Of a stretch of 64,000 nt of DNA, positions 8,879 through 18,688 are shown piece after piece; within the stretch, counting starts at the first letter, position 1, and each line of letters begins with the position of its first letter. The position numbers and the translations under genes were made by a program. The notes beneath the pieces are model-generated. The model worked only from the letters and a program-made list of their open reading frames with translations. It did no database searches and had not been told where the DNA came from. This DNA is from Candidatus Eiseniibacteriota bacterium (GTDB taxonomy: Bacteria > Eisenbacteria > RBG-16-71-46): the NCBI GenBank assembly GCA_963725865.1, contig CAVSAC010000014.1, forward strand, positions 224,001 to 288,000. The letters run 5' to 3'.

Positions 8879-11149
8879 ATGCGATCGCTTCCACGCATCG
8901 CCTGCGTGGCCGCCGCGATCACCCTCGCGCTGATCGCTTCCGGCTGCGGCAGGAAGTACGGCTCGCCACTCGGTCTCGCCAACCAACCGCCTTCCGTCAC
9001 GCTCTCCGGCGCACCCGCCGGCTCGGTCGGCTCCGGCAGCTCGGCCTACGCGCTGCACTGGACCGGAGCCGATCCCGACGGACGGGTCGACCACTACCTG
9101 GTCAGCACCGACTCGCGGCAGCTCGCGGGCACCCAGGGCTGGACGCGCGCCGACGAGAACGGCCGGGTGCTGTCGCTGCTGCGCCTCGCGCCCGCGCGCG
9201 ACGAGGACGCTCGGCGCGCGGTGGCACCGACGTTCTTCGCGGTGCGCGCGGTGGACGACCGCGGCGCGGTCTCGGAGCCTGCGGTGCGCGCGTTCTTCGC
9301 CGACAACGTGGCGCCCGAGGTGCAGATCACGCAGCCGGCGCCGAACCCGCTCAACCCGGTACTCGTGCCGCCCACCATCCAGATCACCTGGCAGGGAATC
9401 GACCCGGACGGCCGGTTCGCGACCACGCCCGTGAAGTACAAGTACCTCCTGCTCGGACCGGGCAGCGTGTTCCCGATCGGTGTGGCCATCGCGAATCCGG
9501 ACTCGCTGCGGCGCTACTACGCGCCGGGGTTCGCGGGCTGGGATTCGGTGTCCGGCGACACGCTGGCGGTGACCTACACGAACCTGATCCCGAACGTGGA
9601 CTACCTGTTCGCGCTGGTGGGCTTCGACGAGCAGGGCGACTACTCGCCGGTGTTCTCGCTCTCCACCAACATGCTGCGCCTGCGGGTGGTCGACCCGACG
9701 GCGGGCGGGCCGCGGATGACGGTGTGGGGCGGCGGGCTGTTCCTGTCCTTCACCGCGGGCGGCGTGAACGACGCCGTGTTCGTCGCGAGCCTCTCGGCTC
9801 CGGAGCGGACGCCGGTCGAGGTGCACTGGTCGGGGGTGCCATCACCCGGGACCTCGATCGTCGGCTACCGCTGGGCGATCGACATCGCCGACGTCACGGA
9901 CGAGACCCCGCGCGCGAATCCCTCGGATGTCCGCCACTGGAGCACGTGGAGCCCGACCGTGACCGCGGCGACGGTGTCCGCGAAGCTCCCGGCACCGCCG
10001 GCCGCCGCACGGCGACTCACCGTCGAGGCGCTCTCGTCGGTCGGCTTCAAGAGCCGGGTGAGCGTGAACGTCGCGTTCGTGAACGCGGCCGGCGAGCGCC
10101 CGCTGCTGATCGTGAACGACACGCGGCTGCAGCCCGAGGGGAGCAGCGGCGGAGTCGTGACCCCGATCGGCAACTGGCCCAATTCCGCCGAGCTCGATTC
10201 GTTCCTGGTCGCCCGCGGTGGCGTGCAGGTGGTCGGCTATCCGGCCGGCTCGCTGAGCCTACCCGGACTCTTCACGGGCTACGATTTCGACGTGTTCCGT
10301 ACCCGCGACATCCACACGGTCGATCGCACCGTTTCGCTCGACCTGCTGATGCGCTACAAGAACGTGGTGTGGATCACGGACGCCAACGCCGCGCTCGCGA
10401 GCCCTCCCGGAGGGGCCTATTCGCTCCCGTACATGAGCTCTCCCGGACGGCAGAACACGCTGGTCGCCTACGCGAATGCGGGCGGGCGGCTGTGGTTCGC
10501 CGGCGGTGGCGCGGCGCTCGCCATGAGCAAGTTCCTGTTCAACTCGGCGATCAACGACGTCCAGACGTTCACGTATTCCTCGCTGATCGGCGAGCTGGTG
10601 CCGGGCCGGCCGATGTATGACGTCGCACACTGGCGGAGCGAGTTCTCGGACTACGTCGTCGCCGCGTCCTCGATCGTTCGCCTCGCACCGGCGGGCGAAG
10701 GGGCGCCGGACTACTCGGGGCTGCCGATCACGTTCTCGCATCGCGCGCCCGGCGCCGATCCGATCCCACCCCTGCGGACCGCGACGAACTTCTTCCCGGG
10801 CCAGATTCGCTCGACGTTCGAGTACCTCACCCGCCCGAATCCCATCGTCGAAGGACTGGGGACCACGCCCGGCCACGGGAGCGGGGGAAGCGTGCTCGAC
10901 ACGCTGTTCACGGTGCGCGGAGTCTATCCGCCAGGAGTGGACCTTCCGTTCGTCACGGTGTACCGGGGCTCCGAGAACGGGCAGGTGGTCTTCATGGGCG
11001 CCGACCTCTGGAGTTGGTCGAGGCCGCAGATGGTCCAACTGATCGACGTCGTGCTCGGGAACCTGTGGCACCTGCCGAAGACGGCAGCCCCGCCGGTCGC
11101 GGAGCGACACGAGGGCGCGGGCCGCGAGGAAGGCATCCTCCGCCGCTGA
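8879..11149 (+). CDS. Uncharacterised lipoprotein with Ig/Fn3-like repeats and a C-terminal alpha/beta domain
   Basis: Lipobox-like ALIASGC, repeated WxGxDPDG, FAVRAVDD, YKNVVWITD...YANAGGRLW. AAGGAG RBS. Close paralog of 18689..20935. Confidence 0.8.
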   Translation: MRSLPRIACVAAAITLALIASGCGRKYGSPLGLANQPPSVTLSGAPAGSVGSGSSAYALHWTGADPDGRVDHYLVSTDSRQLAGTQGWTRADENGRVLSLLRLAPARDEDARRAVAPTFFAVRAVDDRGAVSEPAVRAFFADNVAPEVQITQPAPNPLNPVLVPPTIQITWQGIDPDGRFATTPVKYKYLLLGPGSVFPIGVAIANPDSLRRYYAPGFAGWDSVSGDTLAVTYTNLIPNVDYLFALVGFDEQGDYSPVFSLSTNMLRLRVVDPTAGGPRMTVWGGGLFLSFTAGGVNDAVFVASLSAPERTPVEVHWSGVPSPGTSIVGYRWAIDIADVTDETPRANPSDVRHWSTWSPTVTAATVSAKLPAPPAAARRLTVEALSSVGFKSRVSVNVAFVNAAGERPLLIVNDTRLQPEGSSGGVVTPIGNWPNSAELDSFLVARGGVQVVGYPAGSLSLPGLFTGYDFDVFRTRDIHTVDRTVSLDLLMRYKNVVWITDANAALASPPGGAYSLPYMSSPGRQNTLVAYANAGGRLWFAGGGAALAMSKFLFNSAINDVQTFTYSSLIGELVPGRPMYDVAHWRSEFSDYVVAASSIVRLAPAGEGAPDYSGLPITFSHRAPGADPIPPLRTATNFFPGQIRSTFEYLTRPNPIVEGLGTTPGHGSGGSVLDTLFTVRGVYPPGVDLPFVTVYRGSENGQVVFMGADLWSWSRPQMVQLIDVVLGNLWHLPKTAAPPVAERHEGAGREEGILRR

Positions 11150-11166
11150 GCCGCATCGCATGGACG

Positions 11167-11202
11167 GCACGAAGGCCCGGGGTTCGCTCCGGGCCTTCGT
11201 GC
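11167..11202. terminator. Hairpin between convergent genes
   Basis: GCACGAAGGCCCGG-N8-CCGGGCCTTCGTGC, 14-bp perfect stem. Confidence 0.7.
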
Positions 11203-11208
11203 GCTCGC

Positions 11209-12204
11209 TCAGCCGCGCGGCGTCGCCATGCCGAGCAGCGCCATCTCGTGCGCCAGCGTCTCGCGCAGGCCGTCCTCGAGCGGCCGCGCGCGCCAGCCCA
11301 GCTCCTGCTCGGCCTTGGAGGCGTCACCGAGGTAGGTGCAGCCCGCCATCACGCGCAGGCTCTCCGAGGTCAGCAGCTCCGGCACGGGCGCGACGCGTTC
11401 GACCACCCCCATCACGGCCGACAGTGCGCGCACGAGCGCAGGCGGCGCGACGAAGCCGGGCACCTTCACGCGACTGATGCGCTCGGCGAGCTTCAGCGCG
11501 TCGAGCAGCGTCCACGCGGGCCCGGCGAGGTGATAGCACTCGCCGACGCGCCCCCGCTCCATCGCCAGCAGGTGGCCGGTCGCGATGTCGTCGACGTGCG
11601 CCCACGAGAACGCGGCCCCCGCCGGGATGGGCGGCAGCCCGCGCTGCAGGTACTGGATCAGCGTGGTACGCACGCGGCTGGTGTCGCCGGGGCCGTAGAC
11701 CAGCCCGGGCTGGACGATCACCAGCGGCAGCCCGGCCCGCATCATCGGCAGCGCCACCTGGTAGTGGGCCGCCCACTTGGTGCGGTCGTACTCGCTCTCG
11801 AACGGGCCCTCGAAGCGATACGCCTCGGTCACCCGCGCGCCGTGCGTGTCCCCGTGCACCGCGAGCGTGCTCGTGTACACGCCCTTCACCACGCCGGCGG
11901 CGCGCATCGCTTCGAGGACGTTGCGGGTGCCATCCACGTTGATGCGCTGGCCGGGGGTGCGGTCGCGCGCGCCGACCTTGTACCAGCCGGCGACGTGGAA
12001 CACGCCGTCGACTCCGCGCATCGGCGCGTCGAGGCTCGCGCGGTCGGTGATGTCGCCACCCACCACGTCGACCCCGAGCGCGCGCAGGTCCTCGGCGCGT
12101 GCCGGATCGCGCGCGATCGTGACCACCGCGTCCCCACGCTCGCGCAGTCGCCTCGCCACCCGACCACCCACGAAGCCGGTCGCGCCGGTGACGAGGAACC
12201 TCAC
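11209..12204 (-). CDS. NAD-dependent epimerase/dehydratase
   Basis: GTG start, LVTGATGFVG, GVFHVAG, INVDGTRNV, YDRTK (YxxxK). Confidence 0.92.
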   Translation of the reverse strand: MRFLVTGATGFVGGRVARRLRERGDAVVTIARDPARAEDLRALGVDVVGGDITDRASLDAPMRGVDGVFHVAGWYKVGARDRTPGQRINVDGTRNVLEAMRAAGVVKGVYTSTLAVHGDTHGARVTEAYRFEGPFESEYDRTKWAAHYQVALPMMRAGLPLVIVQPGLVYGPGDTSRVRTTLIQYLQRGLPPIPAGAAFSWAHVDDIATGHLLAMERGRVGECYHLAGPAWTLLDALKLAERISRVKVPGFVAPPALVRALSAVMGVVERVAPVPELLTSESLRVMAGCTYLGDASKAEQELGWRARPLEDGLRETLAHEMALLGMATPRG

Positions 12205-12827
12205 CGCCGCGCCTCCGGAGTCGCGGCCGCGCCGCGGGCGAGCAGGCCTTCGAGCCGCTGCTTCACCGCCGGCCATTCGCGCTGGAGGATGCTGAAGTAC
12301 ATGGTGTCGCGCACCACGCCGCGCGTGCTGATCGCGTGCTGCCGCAGCGTGCCCTCTTCGACGCAGCCGATGCGGAGCATGGCGTTCCGCGAGCGCATGT
12401 TGAGCGCGTTGGTCTTGAGCTCCACGCGCAGGCAGTCCCACACCTCGAAGGCATGGCGCAGCATCAGGTACTTGGCCTCGGTGTTGACCGCGCTGCGCCG
12501 GTGAGCGCGCCCGATCCATGTCCAGCCGATCTCGACCCGCCGGTGGGCGCGCTCGATCGAGCCGAAGCGCGTCGAGCCGATCGCCCGCCCGCTCGCGCGC
12601 AGCACGTGGACGAACGGCAGCGAGCGCCCGTGCTCCTGCTCCGCCAGCGCGGTCGCGACGTAGCGCTCGAGGTCCGCGCGCGACTCGACGTCGGTCAGCA
12701 TCCAGCGCCAGATGTCGGGATCGAGGGCGTGCTCGAGCAGCTCGTCGACGTGCGCGAGGGTCAGCGGCTCCAGGCGGATGACGCGTCCTTCGAGTGTGAC
12801 GGGAGCGATCTGCATCGTCTCGGACAT
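12201..12827 (-). CDS. GNAT N-acetyltransferase (RimJ/RimL-like)
   Basis: IGSTRF, VEIGWTW, NTEAKYLMLRHAFE, EGTLRQH, RDTMYFSILQREWP. Confidence 0.92.
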   Translation of the reverse strand: MSETMQIAPVTLEGRVIRLEPLTLAHVDELLEHALDPDIWRWMLTDVESRADLERYVATALAEQEHGRSLPFVHVLRASGRAIGSTRFGSIERAHRRVEIGWTWIGRAHRRSAVNTEAKYLMLRHAFEVWDCLRVELKTNALNMRSRNAMLRIGCVEEGTLRQHAISTRGVVRDTMYFSILQREWPAVKQRLEGLLARGAAATPEARR

Positions 12828-12997
12828 GCGGGCTCCGTGCGGTCGGCCGGGTCGGAGCGGAGATGGTGCGATGGAAGGGACGCGGGGGGCAAGTGACCGG
12901 GCGCACTCGGCTCTGGACACGCCGCGGCGGTGGCGCGAGCATCCGGTTCGGAAGCGCCCTCGTCGGCCGCCCGTGCCCCTTCCTCTCGAGGTGACCC

Positions 12998-14731
12998 ATG
13001 TTCCGCTCTCCCCCGTTCCGCTCGCGCGGGCGCCTGCTGGCGATCCTGCTCGCATTCCTGCTGTCCGGCTCCACCCCGGCCGCGGCGGCCGAGCGGTTGT
13101 TCCGATCGCCGCCCGGCCCGATGCCGTACGCGCCCGGCGAGGTGCTGGCGATCGCCGACCCCGCGAGCCTGACGGGCGACGGCGTGAAGTCGCCCCTGCG
13201 CGCGGCCACCGCGGCGGTCGCCGACGCGCTCGTCCGGCTCGGCCTGGACCGCATCGAGGCCGTGGGCGTGAGCCCGGTCGGGGCGCCGCGCGTGCTGCGC
13301 CTGCGCAGCGACCGCGCGGACTTCGATCCGCTCGCGGCCGCCCGCGAGCTGGCGGCGAGCGGGGCGTTCCGCGCCGTGTGCCCGAACTACCGCCTGCGGC
13401 TGAGCGTGATTCCGAACGACCCCGCGCTCGGCAGCCAGTGGTACGTGAACGACGGCGGCTTCGCGGACATCCGACTGCCCGGTGCGTGGGACGTCACCCA
13501 CGGCGACACCAGCGTGGTGATCGCGATCATGGACACCGGGATCGACACCGGGCACCCCGACCTCGCGAGCCGGATCTGGCACAACCTGGGCGAGATCCCC
13601 GGCAACGGCCTCGACGACGACCTCGACGGCTACGTCGACGACGTCGTGGGCTGGGACTTCGGGCGCAACGACGCCGATCCAAATCCCGAGTACACCTCGG
13701 ATCCCAGCGGGCTCGACGTCGGCTTCCACGGCACGTTTTGCGCCGGCATCGCCGCCGCCGCCACCAACAACGCCGAGGGCATCGCGGGCGCCGGCTGGAA
13801 CTGCCGCCTCATGCCGCTCAAGGTCTCGCACCCCGACAGTGGCATCACCAGCGAGGCGATCGCGGGCGCGTTCCTGTACGCGATCGCACAGCACGCGAGC
13901 GTGGTGTCGATGAGCTTCGGCGGTCCCGGCGACCCCGGGGTGCCCGAGTTCTTCCAGGCGCTGGTCGACCTCGCGACCGACGCGGGGGTGGTGTGCGTCG
14001 CGGCAGCGGGCAACGACGACACGAACGCGCCGTCCTATCCAGCGGCCTGCAACGACGTGCTGTCGGTCGGCGCCACCGACGAGGCGAATGCGCGCGCGTC
14101 GTTCTCGAACTGGGGACCGTCGGTGAAGGTGGGCGCGCCGGGTAGCGCGATGTGGTCGACGCTGTGCCGCAACTACACGTTCACCGACCTCGACCAGATC
14201 TTCTACATCTTCCTCTTCGGCTGGGACGGCGAGACTCCGTACATGGGCGGCGACGGCACCTCGTTCTCCTGCCCGCTCACGGCCGGCGTGTGCGGCCTGG
14301 TGCGCGCGCGCTTCCCGGCGCTCGGTCCGCGCGAGGTCGCGGCGCAGATCGTCCAGACCGGCGACGCGATTCCCTACGACCACCCGATCGGGCCGCGGGT
14401 GAACGCCCAGCGCGCGGTCACGACGCCGTACGCGGCGGTGGGCGCCGCGGCGCTGCCGTCGCGGCTGCTGCTCGGCGGGCCGTGGCCCGCGCCCGCGCGC
14501 CGCGGCGCGGACTGGACGCTCTCGCTCGCGCTGCCGCGCGCCGACGAGATCGCGCTCGAGCTGTTCGACGTGCGTGGCCGGCGCGTCGCGGCGCGGCCGG
14601 GCGAGGTGCTCGGGGCCGGCGTCCGCGGACTGAGCTGGGCGCCCCATCCGCCCGCGCCGGGCGTATACTTCCTGCGCGCGCACGCGCGCTCGGGCGGCGC
14701 GGTGACGTCACGCGTGGTGGTGCTCGACTGA
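12998..14731 (+). CDS. Secreted S8 subtilase with a degenerate T9SS/FlgD-like C-terminal domain
   Basis: Signal peptide. Triad IMDTGID, FHGTFCAG, GTSFSCP. C-terminus PWPAP...LFDVRGRRVA...GVYFLRA...RVVVLD. Confidence 0.9.
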   Translation: MFRSPPFRSRGRLLAILLAFLLSGSTPAAAAERLFRSPPGPMPYAPGEVLAIADPASLTGDGVKSPLRAATAAVADALVRLGLDRIEAVGVSPVGAPRVLRLRSDRADFDPLAAARELAASGAFRAVCPNYRLRLSVIPNDPALGSQWYVNDGGFADIRLPGAWDVTHGDTSVVIAIMDTGIDTGHPDLASRIWHNLGEIPGNGLDDDLDGYVDDVVGWDFGRNDADPNPEYTSDPSGLDVGFHGTFCAGIAAAATNNAEGIAGAGWNCRLMPLKVSHPDSGITSEAIAGAFLYAIAQHASVVSMSFGGPGDPGVPEFFQALVDLATDAGVVCVAAAGNDDTNAPSYPAACNDVLSVGATDEANARASFSNWGPSVKVGAPGSAMWSTLCRNYTFTDLDQIFYIFLFGWDGETPYMGGDGTSFSCPLTAGVCGLVRARFPALGPREVAAQIVQTGDAIPYDHPIGPRVNAQRAVTTPYAAVGAAALPSRLLLGGPWPAPARRGADWTLSLALPRADEIALELFDVRGRRVAARPGEVLGAGVRGLSWAPHPPAPGVYFLRAHARSGGAVTSRVVVLD

Positions 14732-14736
14732 ACACC

Positions 14737-14777
14737 GGCGGGCGGCGACGCGTCGTCCGCGACGCGCGCCGCCCGCC
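14737..14777. terminator. Hairpin between convergent subtilase and kinase genes
   Basis: GGCGGGCGGCG-A-CGCGTCG / TCCG / CGACGCG-CGCCGCCCGCC. Confidence 0.55.
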
Positions 14778-17700
14778 TCACGAGGGGTTCGCCGCACGCA
14801 GGCGCGCCAGCGTCGCGCGCCCGGCCGCCGCCAGTGGATCGCGCCGGCCCGGACGTCGCTCCAGCGTCGGCAGCGCCGCCGCCAGCAGTGCCTGCGCCTC
14901 CGCGGCGCGGCCCGCGCGCGCGAGGCAGCAGCCGAGCGCCACGCGCGCCTCGGCCGCGCGCGGACTTCCGGCGCCGTAGACGCGCGCCTGCCCCGCGACC
15001 CCCGCGCGCAGCAGCGATTCGGCCCTGGCCGTCGCGCCCAGCGCGGCGAGCACCCGCCCCAGCCCCACCACGGCGTCGCCGCAGAGCACCGCCGGGTCGG
15101 CCTCGAACCGCGCGCGAGTCAGCGCGAGCGCCTCCTCGTAGCGTTGGCGGCTCTCGGGCAGGCGGCCCTCCTCGCGCAGCGTCCACGCCAGGCCGGTGAG
15201 CGCGCCGCTCAGCAGGGACGGATCCTCGGCGGCGGTGCCGCGGCGGATCTCGACCGCCCGGCGCACCAGCGTCTCGGCCTCCGCGAACCGCCCCTGCTCG
15301 GCACGCAGTTCGCCCAGCTCGAGCGCGGCGAAGCTGGTGCGCACGTGCAGCGGGCCGTAGCGGCGCGTCCAGCGCGCGAGCGCGTCCTCGAGCAGCGCCG
15401 CGGCCTCGGCGGGGCGCCCCTCCGCGCGCCGCGCCGCGGCCAGGTAGGTCATGCAGTGGAGCGTGCGGTCGTGGTCGGGTCCGAGCGTGGCACGCCACGC
15501 CGCGAGCGCCCGCGTGAGCAGCGAGTCCGCCTCGGCGGGGCGGTCGCGCCACAGTGCGAGTGCCCCCATATTGTTCACGACCAGCAGCGTGCGCGGATGA
15601 TCGGGCCCCAGCGCCTGGCGGTCGATGCGCAGCGCCTCGCGGTAGACCGACTCCGCCTGCGCGTAACGGTGTTCCGCGATCGAGAGTCCCGCGAGGTCCG
15701 CGAGCGAGGTCGCGACGTCGACGTGGTCGGGTCCCAGCCGCGCCCGCCGCACGTCGAGCGCGGCGCGGCGCAGCGATTCGGCCGCGGCGAACCGACCCTG
15801 GTAGCCGAGCGCGTCGGCGAGGTGTTCGAGCGACAGCGCGGTCGCGAGGTGATCCGGCCCGCGCCGGCGCGTCTGGATGGCGAGCGAGCGCTCGAACACA
15901 GCGGCCGCGTCGCGAAATCGGGTGCGGTCCGAGAGGAGAGTCCCGAGCCGGTCGAGGTCGCCGGCGACCACCACGTGGTCGGACCCCAGCGCGCGCTCGT
16001 CGAGCGCCAGCGCCTCGCGGTAGAGGCGCTCGGCCGCCGCGTCGCTCCCGCGCTCCTGGCGCAACCGGCCCAGCCAGCCGAGGGTGCGCGCGAGCGTGGT
16101 GTCGGGCGTGTCGCGCCGCCCGCGCTGGATCGCGAGTGCCGCGTCGAGTGCCGCCTCCGCCGCGTCGTAGCGGGCGCCCTCCACGCGCGCGCCGCCCAGG
16201 TCCACGAGGCTGGCGGCCGTCGCGGCACCGCGCGGTCCGTCGGCGCGCCGCCGCAGCGCGACCGCGCGCTCGAACATGTCCGCAGCGCGGTCGAACGAGC
16301 CGAGCTGCGCGTAGATGGTGCCGAGCGTCTGGTACATCTCGCCCTGCAGCGCCGGCTGGCCCGCGAGCTCCGTGGCCACGCGCTGCGCGCCGCGGTCCAG
16401 CAGCACGCGCGCGGTGAGCGTGTCGCCCCGCGCCTCGTTGGGATCGCTGGCGCGGAACAGGCTCGACAGGAACGCGCGCATCTCGCGCGCCTTGGCGGCC
16501 TCGGCGCGCGCGCGCTGCGCCTGCCACGACACCCCCACCAGCCCCGCGAGCAGCGCCAGCACGGCGAGCGTGCCGGCGGCGACCGCGAGCCGGTTCCGCC
16601 GCACGAACTTCCCGAGCCGGTAGCCGGTCGTGGAGCGGGCGGCGCGCACCGGGCGCCCGTCCAGGAGGCGGTCGATGTCCGCGAGCAGCGCCTCGACCGA
16701 GGGGTAGCGCGCCTCCGGTTCCTTGCGCAGCGCCTGCGCCACGATGGCATCGAGGTCGCCGCGCACCCCGTCGCGCCAGTCGGAACGCGACGGCCCGGCC
16801 GCCTGCCTCGCGAGCAGGCTGCTGGGCGCCGGCGGTTCCTGCTCGAGCACCGCCCGTTGCAGCTCGGTCATGTGCGTCAGCCCCGCGAACGGGCGCTGGC
16901 CGCACAGCAGCTCGAACAGCACCACGCCCAGCGCGTAGACGTCGGTCGCTGTGGTCGGCGGCTCGCCGCGCAGCTGCTCCGGGGCCGCGTAGTGCGGCGT
17001 GAGCCGGCGCTCCACGGTGAGCGTGGCGTCCAGCTCGGACTCGCTCGGATCGAGCAGCTTGGCGATCCCGAAGTCGAGCAGCTTCACCTGGCCGCGCTCG
17101 GAGACCACGATATTCGCGGGCTTGAGGTCGCGATGGATGACGAGCTGGGTGTGCGCGAAGCGAACCGCCTCGCAGACCTGACGGAACAGCCGCAGTACGG
17201 ACCGCAGCGGCAGCGGGTGCCGCTCGCACCACGCGGTGATCGGCTCGCCGTCGACGTACTCCATCGCGAAGTACGGCTGGCCGTCCGCGGCCAGCCCGCC
17301 GTCGATCAGCCGCGCGATGTTCGGGTGCTCGAGCCGCGCGAGGATGCGGCGCTCGCGCGTGAGGCGCGCGAGCAGCTCGCCGCGGTCGAACCCGGGTCGC
17401 ACGCGCTTGAGCGCCACCTGCTGCTCGTAGTCGCCCGCGGCGCGGGTCGCCAACAACACCGCGCCCATTCCGCCGCGCCCGATCTCGCGCACCACGCACC
17501 ACGGACCGATGTGGGTGCCGGGCGCCCATTCCAGCGCCTCCGCGCCCGCGGCGGCATCGAGCGCGGCCGCGCCCGCGGGTGTCAGCAGCTCGCGGTCGAG
17601 CTCGAGCGCCGGGCGGCCGAGGAATTCGCCGGCCGCGGTGTCGGCGGCCAGCAGGCCTTCGATCTCGGAGCGCAGCGCTGGTTCGCCGGCGCATTCGCGG

Positions 17701-17822
17701 TCGAGCAGCGCGCGCGCCTCCGCGGGCGGCAGCTCGAGCGCCCGTTCGAGCAGCGCGTCGATGCGCCGCCACCGCCCCGGATCGAGGTGCCGGAGCAGCG
17801 GCTCGCGTCCGGGATCGGTCAT
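14778..17822 (-). CDS. Membrane Ser/Thr protein kinase with C-terminal TPR array
   Basis: GRGGMG, VALK, HRDLKPAN, DFG, YAAPE. Hydrophobic segment LAVAAGTLAVLALLAGLVGVSW, then repeated LGPDH-type TPRs. ATGA overlap with the sigma gene. Confidence 0.93.
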   Translation of the reverse strand: MTDPGREPLLRHLDPGRWRRIDALLERALELPPAEARALLDRECAGEPALRSEIEGLLAADTAAGEFLGRPALELDRELLTPAGAAALDAAAGAEALEWAPGTHIGPWCVVREIGRGGMGAVLLATRAAGDYEQQVALKRVRPGFDRGELLARLTRERRILARLEHPNIARLIDGGLAADGQPYFAMEYVDGEPITAWCERHPLPLRSVLRLFRQVCEAVRFAHTQLVIHRDLKPANIVVSERGQVKLLDFGIAKLLDPSESELDATLTVERRLTPHYAAPEQLRGEPPTTATDVYALGVVLFELLCGQRPFAGLTHMTELQRAVLEQEPPAPSSLLARQAAGPSRSDWRDGVRGDLDAIVAQALRKEPEARYPSVEALLADIDRLLDGRPVRAARSTTGYRLGKFVRRNRLAVAAGTLAVLALLAGLVGVSWQAQRARAEAAKAREMRAFLSSLFRASDPNEARGDTLTARVLLDRGAQRVATELAGQPALQGEMYQTLGTIYAQLGSFDRAADMFERAVALRRRADGPRGAATAASLVDLGGARVEGARYDAAEAALDAALAIQRGRRDTPDTTLARTLGWLGRLRQERGSDAAAERLYREALALDERALGSDHVVVAGDLDRLGTLLSDRTRFRDAAAVFERSLAIQTRRRGPDHLATALSLEHLADALGYQGRFAAAESLRRAALDVRRARLGPDHVDVATSLADLAGLSIAEHRYAQAESVYREALRIDRQALGPDHPRTLLVVNNMGALALWRDRPAEADSLLTRALAAWRATLGPDHDRTLHCMTYLAAARRAEGRPAEAAALLEDALARWTRRYGPLHVRTSFAALELGELRAEQGRFAEAETLVRRAVEIRRGTAAEDPSLLSGALTGLAWTLREEGRLPESRQRYEEALALTRARFEADPAVLCGDAVVGLGRVLAALGATARAESLLRAGVAGQARVYGAGSPRAAEARVALGCCLARAGRAAEAQALLAAALPTLERRPGRRDPLAAAGRATLARLRAANPS

Positions 17823-18379
17823 GCGAGCGGCTCCCCGGCAAGGCTCTGGTAGAGCAGCGCGCGGGCCTTGCGCCAGTCGCGCTTCACGGTGCGCGGATCC
17901 ACGTCGAGCACCTCCGCCGTCTCCTCCACCGACAGGCCACCGAAGAAGCGCAGCTCGACCACGCGGGTGAGGCGCTCGTCCACCTCCTTCAAACGCCGAA
18001 GCGCCTCGTCGAGGGACAGCACCAGCTCGGCCTGATCCTCGGCCGGGATCTCGGCGGCGTCGAGGTCGAGCCGGCGCAGGCCGCCGCCGCGCTTGAGCGC
18101 CCCGCGACGGCGGGCGCGGTCCACGAGGATCTGGCGCATCGCGAGCGCGGCGACCGCGAAGAAGTGACGGCGGTCGTTGAGCGCCAGCCCGGTCTGCTCG
18201 AACAGGCGCAGGTAGGCCTCGTGCACCAACTCGGTGGCGCTCAGCGTCGCGCCGCCGCCGAGCCGGCGCCGCGCGATCACGCGCAGCTCGCCGTAGATGA
18301 GCGGTAGCAGCTCCTCGAGCGCCTCCGAGCGCCCCTCGCGCAGGGCCACCAGCAGCCGCGTGATCTCGCCTGCGGACAT
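17819..18379 (-). CDS. ECF-type sigma factor (kinase-associated class)
   Basis: EITRLL, LPLIYGELR, TLSATELVHEAYLRL, RRHFFAVAA.AMRQILVDRAR...KRGG, VELRFFGGLS.EE, TVKRDW..ARA.L. Confidence 0.93.
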   Translation of the reverse strand: MSAGEITRLLVALREGRSEALEELLPLIYGELRVIARRRLGGGATLSATELVHEAYLRLFEQTGLALNDRRHFFAVAALAMRQILVDRARRRGALKRGGGLRRLDLDAAEIPAEDQAELVLSLDEALRRLKEVDERLTRVVELRFFGGLSVEETAEVLDVDPRTVKRDWRKARALLYQSLAGEPLA

Positions 18380-18552
18380 CCGGGCTCCTCCGCCCTGGTG
18401 CGCTGCCAAGCCCGGCCGTCACCCGGCCGGCAGGACGGGCGATCGGGCGCGGGACGGTCGAGCCGCTTCGGTCTCCGATTCTGCGCAGTGTGGAAGTGAA
18501 AGACAACGATCGGATGCGCCTGAACCTCGGACCGCGGACCTCGGACCGGGGC

Positions 18553-18581
18553 TTGTCCCTGCCCGGTTCGAGACGTAGCAT
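18553..18581 (+). promoter_or_regulatory. Sigma70-like promoter with an upstream 11-bp direct repeat
   Basis: TTGTCC-N17-TAGCAT. ACCTCGGACCG at 18524-18534 and 18538-18548. Confidence 0.55.
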
Positions 18582-18688
18582 CCTATTCAGGACGTGGCTC
18601 CACCCCACGGAGATGCGAGCGCCTCTCATGCCGCGCTCGCCCGCGTCCCTAGCCCTGGCCGGGGCACTCGAAGTGGAAGGGGCACCCG

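Noticed and set aside
14778..16400. Periodic repeats resembling an array
   Set aside because: Protein-level TPR repeats of the kinase, not DNA repeats with spacers.
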